From the NCBI GenBank assembly GCA_963833985.1, contig CAWIAD010000002.1:3968001-4032000 (forward strand): a stretch of DNA of 64,000 bases, given 5' to 3'. The DNA is from an uncultured Planctomycetaceae bacterium. Its GTDB lineage: Bacteria; Planctomycetota; Planctomycetia; Isosphaerales; Isosphaeraceae. The notes below the pieces were generated by a model. The model searched no databases. It saw only the letters and a program-made list of their open reading frames with translations, and was not told where the DNA came from. The position numbers and the translations under genes were made by a program. Below, piece after piece: positions 55,080 through 64,000 of the stretch (the stretch's first letter is position 1; each line of letters begins with the position of its first letter).

Positions 55080-56038
55080 GGTTGTAACATGCATGCAGAT
55101 TGGTAGGGTGTGTCAAGCGTAGCGAGGCACACCGCGTTGGTTGTAACATGCATGCAGATGGGTAGGGTGTGTCGAGCGTAGCGAGGCACACCGCGTTGGT
55201 TGTAACATGCATGCAGATGGGTAGGGTGTGTCGAGCGCAGCAACGGCACACCGCGTTGGTTGTAACATGCATGCAGATGGGTAGGGTGTGTCGAGCGCAG
55301 CGAGGCACACCGTAAGCATAATACAGAGAAGCAACTTGCGACGTCAGACGGAGCTGCGGCCTGGTGTGCCTCGCTGCGCTCGACACACCCTACAAGGTGA
55401 TCATCATGAGCGCCTTGAGCGCCTGATCGCCTGACCGTGTGAGCGCCTCACTTCCATCCCCGCTGGGTGGTCTGGAAATCTCATTGGTAGGGTGTGTCAA
55501 GCGCAGCGACGGCACACCGCGTTGGTTGTAACATGCATGCAGATGGGTAGGGTGTGTCGAGCGTAGCGAGGCACACCGTAAGCATAATACAGAGAAGCAA
55601 CTTGCGACGTCAGACGGAGCTGCGGCCCGGTGTGCCTCGCTGCGCTCGACACACCCTACAAGGTGATCATCATGAGCGCCTTGAGCGCCTGATCGCCTGA
55701 CCGATGGTTGTAACATGCATGCAGATGGGTAGGGTGTGTCAAGCGTAGCGAGGCACACCGCGTTGGTTGTAACATGCATGCAGATGGGTAGGGTGTGTCG
55801 AGCGCAGCAACGGCACACCGCGTTGGTTGTAACATGCATGGAGATGGGTAGGGTGTGTCGAGCGCAGCGAGGCACACCGTAAGCATAATACAGAGAAGCA
55901 ACTTGCGACGTCAGACGGAGCTGCGGCCCGGTGTGCCTCGCTGCGCTCGACACACCCTACGGATGCTTCCATCCCCCAGGCGATCAGGCGATCAGGCGAT
56001 CAGGCGATCAGTGCCTCGCTGCGCTCGACACACCCTAC
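55080..56038. repeat. Hierarchical GTAG-REP/BIME-like array
   Basis: 9 forward and 4 inverted copies of GTAGGGTGTGTCGAGCGCAGCGAGGCACACC. Tandem units of 59-60 bp plus three REP-spacer-inverted REP doublets with a near-identical ~51-bp spacer. Confidence 0.92.
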
Positions 56039-56136
56039 AGATGCTTTCGTCCCCCCAGGCGATGAGGCGATCAGATGCTCTGACGGTCAGACACTCAGGT
56101 GTCAGGCTATCAGGCGATCAGGCTATCAGGCGATCA
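55977..56136 (-). repeat. Octamer tandem array (GCGATCAG)n, right arm, inverted relative to 54971-55075
   Basis: caggcgatcaggcgatcag... and tcaggctatcaggcgatcaggctatcaggcgatca; overlaps the stop codon of the primase-helicase gene. Confidence 0.85.
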
Positions 56137-58333
56137 AGTGGTTCGAGGTCGGGCGGAAGCGCTTGCACCTCCGGATCGTCGTCGGCCTGGGGCACACGCC
56201 AGTACCAGGCATCCGGTGCTTGAAACGACTCGATGCGCAGCACCCGCTTGGCGCGGCGCAAGGTCGCCTCCGGGATCCCCCTTCGCTTCGCCTCGTCGAA
56301 GACGGCCGTCGCGCGGATAGGGCGCTCGCCGACGAACTCGCGGAGGAACTCCCGGGCGCGGTCGACCCCGGCAGCCTTATGCTCCTCGGGATCGGCCAGG
56401 GCCTCCTCGGCGGTCATCCGCACCAGGGCCGGCTCCCAGACGAGCTTGAGCGTCGCTCCATCGATGCGGAAGGCCAGACCGGTGTTGTCCGGTCCCTGGT
56501 TCGCCTTCATCGGCAGCAGCAGCCGGCGGGAGGCGTCGTCGCGGTCCTTCACCAGGGCGTACGCGGCGCGGGGGGCGGCGGTGTAGGCCAGCGAACCCAT
56601 CACCCGCGTGAGCGCCCGGCCGTTGCCGTTCTTGTTCAGGTGCGTGACCAGGAGCACGGTCAGGGCGTGCCGCCGGGCCAGTTCGTGCAGGGGCGCCAGC
56701 GCGGCGCGGACCTCGGTGCTCCTGTGGTCGTCGATGTGCCCGACGTAGGCGGTCACCGGGTCGATGACCACCAGCTTCACGTCCCGAGTGGCGCGGATCG
56801 CCTGCTCCAGCGGCGGGATGTCGGCGAGCGTGAACGGGCGGACCCTCCGTCCGTCCACGAAACGAGACGTGTGGTCGACGACCTCCAGCGTGAAGATCTT
56901 CAGGCGGTCGGCACCGGCGGCGACCAGCCGGTTGGCCACGGTCGTCTCCAGGTCATCCTCGGCCGAGAGCAGGATCACCGAGCCCAGGGCGCGGGGACGT
57001 TCGCGTCGTCGGGCCAGGGGAGGCCGCGGCTGACGCGGGCCGCCAGGTCGATGGTCAGGAACGACTTGCCCAGCCCCGGGTCGCCCGCCAGGGTGATGAT
57101 CTCGCGGGTCGGCAGCCAGCCGTGCCAGAGCCACTGGATCGGCCGGGGCTCGACGTCGGCCAGGCAGGTCAGCACCGCGCCGTGGTCGGGCACGGCCTCG
57201 CACAGGGCCTCGGGCGCGGCGGTGGCGGCGGCCTCCAGCCGGTTGCGGCAGTCTTCGTCCGTCCAGCCGTCGGGCACGCCGACGTCCAGCCAGTCCGCGG
57301 CGTCGGCTCCGTCCGGGACCGGCCCGGAACCGTTCCAGACCGCGTCCAGCCGCACGACCCTCACCGTCGACGGCGGCGGATCGACCGCGGCGAGCAGCCC
57401 GAGCACGGACTTCAGATAGCCTTCCCCGGCGCGGTCGGCGTCGGGCATGATGATGACCTCGGAGCCCGCCAGCGGCGACCAGTCGGTCTTGGGGGCGGCG
57501 GAGGCTCCGTGGCTGGAGGTGGTGACGACCAGGCCAAGATTCGCCAGGGCGTCGGCCGCCTTCTCCCCCTCGACGACGTAAACCTTTCGCACTGCAAGGA
57601 CTTCAGTCAGCCGATAGAGGGGCAAAGGCCCGGGCGGATCACCGGGGAGCCAGAGCCCGGGTGACGACTTCGCGCGCTTCGCGTCGTCGAGCTGGGCGGG
57701 GTGGACCGGTCGGTACGACTTGCCGTCGGGGCCGTCGAAGCGGAAGACGATCAGCACGGGCACGCCCTGCTCGTCGTGATAGATCCACTCCCCGGTCGGC
57801 AATCCCCAGGCGCGGATCATTCCCCGGACGGCCCGCCTGGGATCGCCCCGCGGCTCGAACCCGACCGGAGGCGGACCCATGCCGGGCACGGTGGACACGG
57901 TGGGCACGGTGGACAAGATTTCGGGCACGGTGGACACGGTGGACACGGTGGACAGCGCGTCGGACACGGTGGACACGGTGGACATGGTGGACAGCGCGTC
58001 GGGCACGGTGGACACGGTGGACACGGGGGACACGGGGGACACGGGGGACGGATGAGGCCGGCCATCGGCGCGGGGCGGGAACAGGTCGGCCGGCGCGAGG
58101 TTCAGCGGGCCAAGGATCTCGGGCAGCGAGCAGGCCCGGCCGGCGTCATCCACGTGGTGGCAGTAGAGCAGGACGCGGCCGTCGTCGGCCCGGCGGATCG
58201 ACAGGTTCCGGCGTCGTCCCTGGTGCGACGGGCAGCGGCTGTGCCAGCCGTCGGGGCCGGCGGGAAGCGGGTCCATGCCCGCGCGTCGGAGCGCGGAAAG
58301 CACGTTCTCTAAAGGGTTTGTTTCAAGATGCAT
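56118..58333 (-). CDS. Mobile-element-type primase-helicase (zinc-binding domain, Toprim, AAA_25/RepA-like helicase); frameshift near 56990
   Basis: CPSH...LLYCH zinc domain; VVEGEKAADAL...PDAD Toprim; WLW.G...AGDPGLGKS Walker A; LVVIDP Walker B; C-terminal wHTH-like ATLRRAKR. Confidence 0.85.
57885..58050. repeat. Intragenic 9-bp tandem repeat (GGTGGACAC / GGGGGACAC) encoding a VST/VSP linker
   Basis: Repeated cacggtgga units translate as PVSPVSTVSTV...LSTVSTVSTV in the primase linker. Confidence 0.9.
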
Positions 58334-58567
58334 GGCGGCGTCGCCTTTTTTCAAGGAGAGTCAGACCAGACCAAAGGTTGAAGCGATCGCAGGGGTTGTG
58401 ACCATCGCCCCCTCTTAATGAGGTTACGATAAAGCTGCCCCCTTTCGCCGGCCTTTCCGCCGCAGCCAGCCCATTGCCCTCAACCCGAGCCCACCCACAT
58501 ACTGGGATGTGGAACCATGGGTGGCCCCGGATGACCCTCCCAGATGTCCCTGGCATGTGGAATTCAG

Positions 58568-59521
58568 ATGAAACTCACCGGACCGATCAAGCGACTCTTG
58601 CCCCACCTACCCGAACCGGTGCTCAAGGCAGTATCCCGATGGCGGCCGTCCGTGCTTTGTCATTTGCGACCAGAACAACTGGCTGAACTTCTACCTGGTC
58701 TCTCGCCCCAGCAGCTCGACGAGCATCCGTACCTGCTCACCCTGTTGCCGGCGGGCCGGTCGTTCCGCTGGCCGCATTACCTGGGAAACCTCTCGATCTG
58801 GGTGGATACCGCCAACGAGATTGAGCGGGCCATGCTGAATGGTTACGAGAAAGACGTCATCGATGCGGCCAGGCGTTTCGTCCACAGCGGCAGCTGCGCG
58901 CTCGATGTGGGGGCAAACGCGGGTGCGGTCACGCTCCTGCTGGCAGAGCTGGTCGGGGCGACTGGACGGGTCACCGCTGTGGAACCCGGTCCGCCCTTTG
59001 CCGAGAGGCTCCGCGCAAACCTGGCGTTGAATCCCGCACTGGTGGATCGGGTGGTCGTGGCTCAGGTGGGACTGTCGGACGCCCCAGGGACGCTGATCTG
59101 GGCTCGCGGTCTGAACAACCGGAACAACGGGGCGCTCTCCGTCACCTTCCCCGGCATCCGCCCGGAGCAAGTCGAAGTTCCTGTCACAACCCTTGACGAT
59201 TTCATGGCGAGCCAGGCACAGGACCGTCTGGACTTCATCAAGATTGACGTCGAGGGGATGGAACTGGAAGTACTGAGGGGGGGACTTCACACGTTGCAGA
59301 CACTCCGCCCGGTCGTGTTATTCGAAACCCTGGAGCCATTCCGCGCCATCAGACGTGAGAACTCCGGGATTGCGGATATCTACGCTGAGATCGAAAAGCT
59401 TCTGGAAGGTGTCGGCTATCATTTGTACGCTCTGCGGGAGGGCGGGGCTCTGGAGAGAGTGACGTCCTCCTGCCTGCCCGACAATACCCTGGCCATACCG
59501 ATTGGCCACCAAGGTACTTGA
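58568..59521 (+). CDS. FkbM family methyltransferase
   Basis: LDVGANAG, AVEP, TTLDDF, FIKIDVEGMELEVLRG. Confidence 0.92.
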   Translation: MKLTGPIKRLLPHLPEPVLKAVSRWRPSVLCHLRPEQLAELLPGLSPQQLDEHPYLLTLLPAGRSFRWPHYLGNLSIWVDTANEIERAMLNGYEKDVIDAARRFVHSGSCALDVGANAGAVTLLLAELVGATGRVTAVEPGPPFAERLRANLALNPALVDRVVVAQVGLSDAPGTLIWARGLNNRNNGALSVTFPGIRPEQVEVPVTTLDDFMASQAQDRLDFIKIDVEGMELEVLRGGLHTLQTLRPVVLFETLEPFRAIRRENSGIADIYAEIEKLLEGVGYHLYALREGGALERVTSSCLPDNTLAIPIGHQGT

Positions 59522-59735
59522 CCCGGCCTTCCCTGACCCGGCGATAGGCTGGTTCTCGGACCTGCTCCACAAGGATGACGATGTGGGGCTCTGGCCAGCG
59601 GCTCTGAACCAGGTCTTGACGAGGGTCGAGAAGTCCGCCGGGTCGCGCCGCCCGCACACCGGGATCTCGCAGTAGGGCTGGCCCCCAAAGGCACCATCCG
59701 GAACGCCCGGTGCGTCGGCGCCGGATCTGACCCCC

Positions 59736-59836
59736 GGTGCGTCGTCGCTGCGCTGGAGACACCCTACGAGTGCAACATGCATGCAATTTGGTAGGGTGTG
59801 TCAAGCGGAGCGACGGCACACCGCGTTGACTGTAAC
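59736..59836. repeat. Back-to-back GTAG-REP pair of the same family as the 55-kb array
   Basis: ...gagacaccctac, spacer gagtgcaacatgcatgcaatttg, then gtagggtgtgtcaagcggagcgacggcacaccgcgttg. Confidence 0.85.
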
Positions 59837-59919
59837 AGACATGGCGGCCAAGGCTGCCAGCATCAGACAGGCGGGGCCAGACAGGCGACCACTCGCACAC
59901 CGGGAACTCAAAACGTGGG

Positions 59920-59975
59920 TGGCCCCCAACTGGCCCCCCAACTGGCCCCCCCAACTGGCCCCCGACTGGCCCCCC
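59920..59975. repeat. Short tandem repeat (ACTGGCCCCC)x4-5
   Basis: tggcccccaactggccccccaactggcccccccaactggcccccgactggcccccc. Confidence 0.8.
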
Positions 59976-60139
59976 TGCGGGCGATGGCTTTCTCGGGGGG
60001 CGGCAGGGAGGGTCATTGAGTCGCTGGCTCGCGTCCGTTATCAGTGATGGTCGAGTGCCGGCTCCGGGCCGTCCGTCGGATCGGATCGGCTCGGGATGCC
60101 CGGCGCACACAGCCAGCTTGCTCCCGGAGACCGACGCCC

Positions 60140-61186
60140 ATGGGATCGACCAGCCCGACAACCTACCGCTTCTCGTTCGGCCCCTGGAACATCAGCACCG
60201 GGGCCGACCCGTTCGGACCGCCCGTGCGCCAGGAGATGGAGTACGCCCGTAAACTCAAGACGTACAAGGAGCTCGGCTTCGACGCCGTGCAGTTCCACGA
60301 CGATGATATCGTGCCGGCCGACCTGGACTGGCCCAGCACCCAGCGCGGGGTCGCCGGGGTCAAGAAGATCCTCGACGGCGAGGGCCTGTTCGTGGAGATC
60401 ATCGCGCCCCGGCTCTGGGAAGACCCCCGCACCATCGACGGCGGGTTCACGGCCAACAACCCGGCCGACCGGCAGTACGCCCTCGACCGCGCCAAGCGCT
60501 GCGTCGATATCGCCCGCGAGGTCGGCTGCAAGAACTACGTCCTCTGGCTGGCCCGCGAGGGCTCGTACATCCGCGAGGCCAAGGACGCGAAGACGGGCGT
60601 GGCGCGGATCGTGGACGCCTGGAACACCATCCTCGAACATGACCCCGAGATCCGCGTGCTCGGCGAGGCCAAGCCGAATGAGCCCATGGACCAGGCCTAC
60701 TTGCCCACGGTCGGCCACATGATGGCCGTCACCTACAAGACCACGGACCCGGCCCGCTCGGGCGTCCTGATCGAGAGCGCCCATTCCATCCTGGCGGGTC
60801 TCGACCCGGCCGATGACATGGCGTTCGCCCTCTACCACGGCAAGCTCTGGAGCGTGCACCTGAACGACCAGAACGGACTGAAGTACGATCAGGACAAGGT
60901 CTTCGGCTCGGTCGACCTGCGCCGGGCGTTCAACCAGGTGTGGACCCTGGAGCAGAACGGCTACGGCCGCACCGGCGAGTGCGTCGGCCTGGACGTGAAG
61001 GCCATGCGCACCACGGTCTTCGAGGAGTCCGTCTACCACCTGTCCCACTCGAAGACCATGTTCCTGCGCCTGCTCGACGTGGTCCGCGCACTCGACGTGG
61101 CACGGGTCGAGACCCTGCGGAAGAACCGTCAGTACGAACAGCTTGAAATGCTCATCCTGAACACGCTCATGGGCAGATCAGGCTGA
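60140..61186 (+). CDS. Xylose isomerase-family protein
   Basis: FSFGPWN...GADPFG, FHDDD, W..REG, EAKPNEP, ESAH, HLNDQ.G.KYDQD. Confidence 0.88.
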   Translation: MGSTSPTTYRFSFGPWNISTGADPFGPPVRQEMEYARKLKTYKELGFDAVQFHDDDIVPADLDWPSTQRGVAGVKKILDGEGLFVEIIAPRLWEDPRTIDGGFTANNPADRQYALDRAKRCVDIAREVGCKNYVLWLAREGSYIREAKDAKTGVARIVDAWNTILEHDPEIRVLGEAKPNEPMDQAYLPTVGHMMAVTYKTTDPARSGVLIESAHSILAGLDPADDMAFALYHGKLWSVHLNDQNGLKYDQDKVFGSVDLRRAFNQVWTLEQNGYGRTGECVGLDVKAMRTTVFEESVYHLSHSKTMFLRLLDVVRALDVARVETLRKNRQYEQLEMLILNTLMGRSG

Positions 61187-61228
61187 TCCGCCTGCTTGCT
61201 CCGCGCCCGGCCCTGTCTCGCGCCCGGC

Positions 61229-62788
61229 CTACTGGTCGCGGGGCGCCAGGCACCAGTGGATGGTCTCGAGCTCGGAGAGGTCCTTGGGAACCGGCTCGGG
61301 ACCGATCCACGAGCCGACCAGGCGCTCGTACATGCGGTGCAGCAGCTCGGTGCGCACCTCGTCGAACTCTGGCTCGGCGCCGAGGTCCGTGGTCTCGCCC
61401 GGATCGCGCTGGAGGTCGTAGAGTTTCTGGAAGGGTCCCGAGAGGGGCGATCCGGTCTCCAGGCGGTCTTTCCTGGCCCGCCGTCCCGTGCCGACGATGA
61501 GCTTGAACCGGTCGGAACGGACCATGGCCTCCTCGCTCTCGGTGTACTCGCTGAAGACCACGTCCCGGCCCTTCGCGCTGGGCTTCGCTTCCGCCAGCGG
61601 CACCAGGTCCATGCCTTGAAGCATCGGAGGCGCGGGAATCCTGAGCAGCCGGCAGATGGTGGGGAACAGGTCCACCAGCTCCACCATCTCGTGGACTTTC
61701 CGGCCCTCCGGCAGGTGGCCAGGCCAGCGCAGGACCAGCGGGACGCGGACCGCGGGCTCGAAGAAGCAGTTCTTCTCCACCCGCCCGTGCTGCCCCAGCA
61801 GGTAGCCGTTGTCGCCCAGGTACACCACCAGCGTGTCGCGGCCCAGCCCCTGGTCCTCCAGGGCCCGGATGAGGCGCCCCACCTGGAAGTCCGCGAACGA
61901 GAGCGAGGTGTAGTACGCCGCCTGGATGCCACGGAAATCGTCCGCGGTCAGGCTCCGAAACGCCAGCGGCTGCTCCGCGCGGTCGCGTTCGGTCATCGCC
62001 GGCACCGAGAACTGCTCCGGCCGGAACCGGCCCTGCCACTCGCGCGGGAACCGGAATGGCGAGTGCGGCTCGTAGAAGCTCACCACCATGGCGAACGCCC
62101 GGCCGTGGTTCTGGCGCATCACCTCGATGGCCTGGTCCGCGAAGTAACTGGCTTCGCTGGAGGCAGCGGGCAAGCCCTCGTCCTGGCAACGTGCGTTCAG
62201 CCACACGGCCGGCGCATCGACGAACGGCCGCCAGGGCCGGCGCAGGTCGCCGCCTTCCGGGGGATGGCTTTTGAGGTGCGCCCGCCAGTCGAGCGAATCG
62301 ATGCGGATGTCGAAGCCGTGCCGCGAGGGAGCATTGAAGTGCATCTTGCCGATCGCCGCGGTCCGGTACCCCAGGATGCCCAGCCAGCTTCCCAGCGTGA
62401 GTGCCCGGTCCGAAAGCTTCGTCTCCAGACGAGTCACGCCCGTGGCGTGGGGAAGCAGCCCCGTGATGAACGATTGCCGGCTGGGAGTGCACAGCGGCGA
62501 GTTGCAGTAGGCGCGCTCGAAGCAGACGCCCTGCCGCGCCAGTGCATCAATGTGCGGGGTCGGCCCGAGCGCATCGCCCGCGGCGCCGGTACAGAGCCCG
62601 CCGTGGTCGTCGGCAACGATCAGGAGCAGGTTGGGGCCGGCCCGCTTCGGTACAGGAACCTGGCCGTTCAGCTCCACCTGGGCGGCGGCCCGTTCGGGAT
62701 GCAGCAGGACCATCGCCGCCAGCAGCCCGACAGTGGTGCGGGAGAGGCCGCGAAGGAGCCGCACCGTCCGTTTCGACCACCACGACAT
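61229..62788 (-). CDS. Cys-type formylglycine sulfatase, probably exported
   Basis: PNLLLIVADD, CTPSR, GKMH, EPHSP, GDNGYLLGQHG..EK, LVDLFPT, LYDL..DPGE. Confidence 0.93.
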   Translation of the reverse strand: MSWWSKRTVRLLRGLSRTTVGLLAAMVLLHPERAAAQVELNGQVPVPKRAGPNLLLIVADDHGGLCTGAAGDALGPTPHIDALARQGVCFERAYCNSPLCTPSRQSFITGLLPHATGVTRLETKLSDRALTLGSWLGILGYRTAAIGKMHFNAPSRHGFDIRIDSLDWRAHLKSHPPEGGDLRRPWRPFVDAPAVWLNARCQDEGLPAASSEASYFADQAIEVMRQNHGRAFAMVVSFYEPHSPFRFPREWQGRFRPEQFSVPAMTERDRAEQPLAFRSLTADDFRGIQAAYYTSLSFADFQVGRLIRALEDQGLGRDTLVVYLGDNGYLLGQHGRVEKNCFFEPAVRVPLVLRWPGHLPEGRKVHEMVELVDLFPTICRLLRIPAPPMLQGMDLVPLAEAKPSAKGRDVVFSEYTESEEAMVRSDRFKLIVGTGRRARKDRLETGSPLSGPFQKLYDLQRDPGETTDLGAEPEFDEVRTELLHRMYERLVGSWIGPEPVPKDLSELETIHWCLAPRDQ

Positions 62789-63149
62789 GATGACCGCCGC
62801 CGTTCTCTTTCGGACCAGAAATCGCGGATCGATCTGCCCCACTGTGGCCGTCGCCGGTGGGCTTCCGTCCATGGAACCGCTCACCCACATCTAGCATCTC
62901 CGTTGGATCAAGGTCAAGCCGCAGCGGGTCTCGGCCCCGGCCAGCGCGTGCGGACAGACCTCCGCCGCGTGCGGACTGACCTCCGCTTGCCGGTCCGGCC
63001 GCCAGGGGCGCTCTGCCATCTCCATCGCGCGTGCCCGCCTTCCTCGCGCGGAATGGCGGGATTGGCCGTTTTTTTTTGAGACACCTCGGCGATCTCCAGC
63101 GGAGTCGCCGTGCTCGACCCTGCTTCTGGCTGGCCGTGCCGGGGACGCG

Positions 63150-63660
63150 TCATTTCCTCGCTTCACCGACGAGGTGGGGAAGCTCGGGCAGGATGATCTT
63201 CGTCATGGCCAGCTCCACGGCCGCACGCGAGCCGGGCATGACCAGCACCGGGACGCGGCCGACCAGCCCGCCCAGGGCGCGGCTGAGCATGCAGGCCGGG
63301 CCAATCTGCTCGTAACTGAGCATCCGGAAGAGCTCGCCGTAGCCGGGCAGTGTCCTGGTGAGCAGCGCGGAGATGGTCTCGAAGGTCTGATCGCGCGGGC
63401 TGATGCCGGTTCCTCCGGTGAGCAGCACGGCCTCGACGTCCGCACGCGCGCACCAGCCCAGGACCATGGCGCGCATCGGCTGGGGCTCGTCGGGAACGAT
63501 CGCGCGCTCGACGACGCGATGCCCCGCGGCCTCGGCGAGCGTGACGATGAGCGCCTCCGGAGGTGTCCGAGTCGATGGTGCGGGTATCCGAGACGGTGAG
63601 CACCGCAAGGCCAAGCGCAGGGGGAGCGGAATCGCGATGCTGGGCGACGGCCTGGCTCAT
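63150..63660 (-). CDS. moaB: Molybdenum cofactor biosynthesis protein MoaB/MogA; frameshift near 63560
   Basis: AVLTVSDTRT..SDTSG, IVPDE, TGGTGISPRDQT.E, PGYGELFR, SRA, MPGS. Confidence 0.92.
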
Positions 63661-64000
63661 GTCTGACCTTTCTTTCTGTTCCTCGGCGAGACTCTCGATC
63701 AGGCTCCGGGTTCCTGGTCCCGGTCTGCCTCATTTTGATCGATCGCCCGCATTTCCGCCTCGTCGATTGCCAGGCCCGGAACGGAGCCGCCAGTGCGTGA
63801 CCCGCCCGCGGCCGGCGCGACGGGCGGTCACGGCAGGGATCGTACCTGCGACCGGAAGCGCACCGTGCCCGGTCGGGTCCCAGAACCTGGCCTACGGTAT
63901 TGGTAGAACCCTTGTTTCCCGCTGGATTGCGATTCGAGGACACCGACGTGATTTTCGTGCACAAGGGCGCCGCGAAAAGCGGACACCCTCAGACTGCCGG

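Noticed and set aside
55080..55960. Possible CRISPR array (about 31-bp repeats at about 59-bp period)
   Set aside because: The spacers are near-identical rather than unique, the repeats occur in both orientations and start with GTAG like REPs, and no cas genes are present.
54849..56223. ORFs such as CARHTLPICMHVTTNAV repeats
   Set aside because: They are translations of the REP array, not credible proteins.
59560..59660. Minus-strand peptide DPADFSTLVKTWF faintly resembling a RAYT transposase segment next to REPs
   Set aside because: Too short; no HUH (PDHLH/PNHVH) or catalytic Tyr motif found.

Overview
GC-rich bacterial chromosomal window, inferred to be Planctomycetota (Isosphaeraceae-like) from a PVM-type microcompartment locus, an LEPLESR-type extracellular protein, Ser/Thr kinase-TPR proteins and a sulfatase. 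Contents in order: the start of a PVM microcompartment operon (deoR-pduL-3x BMC-H-ackA); housekeeping genes (mutM, ftsH, ROK kinase, mnmG, tpx, ndk, cysK, ald, mtnA, M3 peptidase, moaB); several signalling proteins. The most notable region is a lipid/specialised-metabolite cluster at about 34-48 kb. It encodes a Cys-less KS-like partner, a FabF-type KS, an ACP, a PLP alpha-oxoamine synthase, an SDR and a DevBCA/MacAB-like exporter, with FHA, GT2 and methyltransferase genes nearby, and could make a sphingoid-like amino-lipid (inference). A complete ISKra4-like IS with 19-bp IRs and a 9-bp TSD sits inside it. A hierarchical GTAG-REP array bracketed by inverted octamer arrays abuts an orphan primase-helicase gene. 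About 15 small frameshifts in conserved genes point to uncorrected long-read errors rather than real pseudogenes. No rRNA, tRNA or CRISPR array was recognised.
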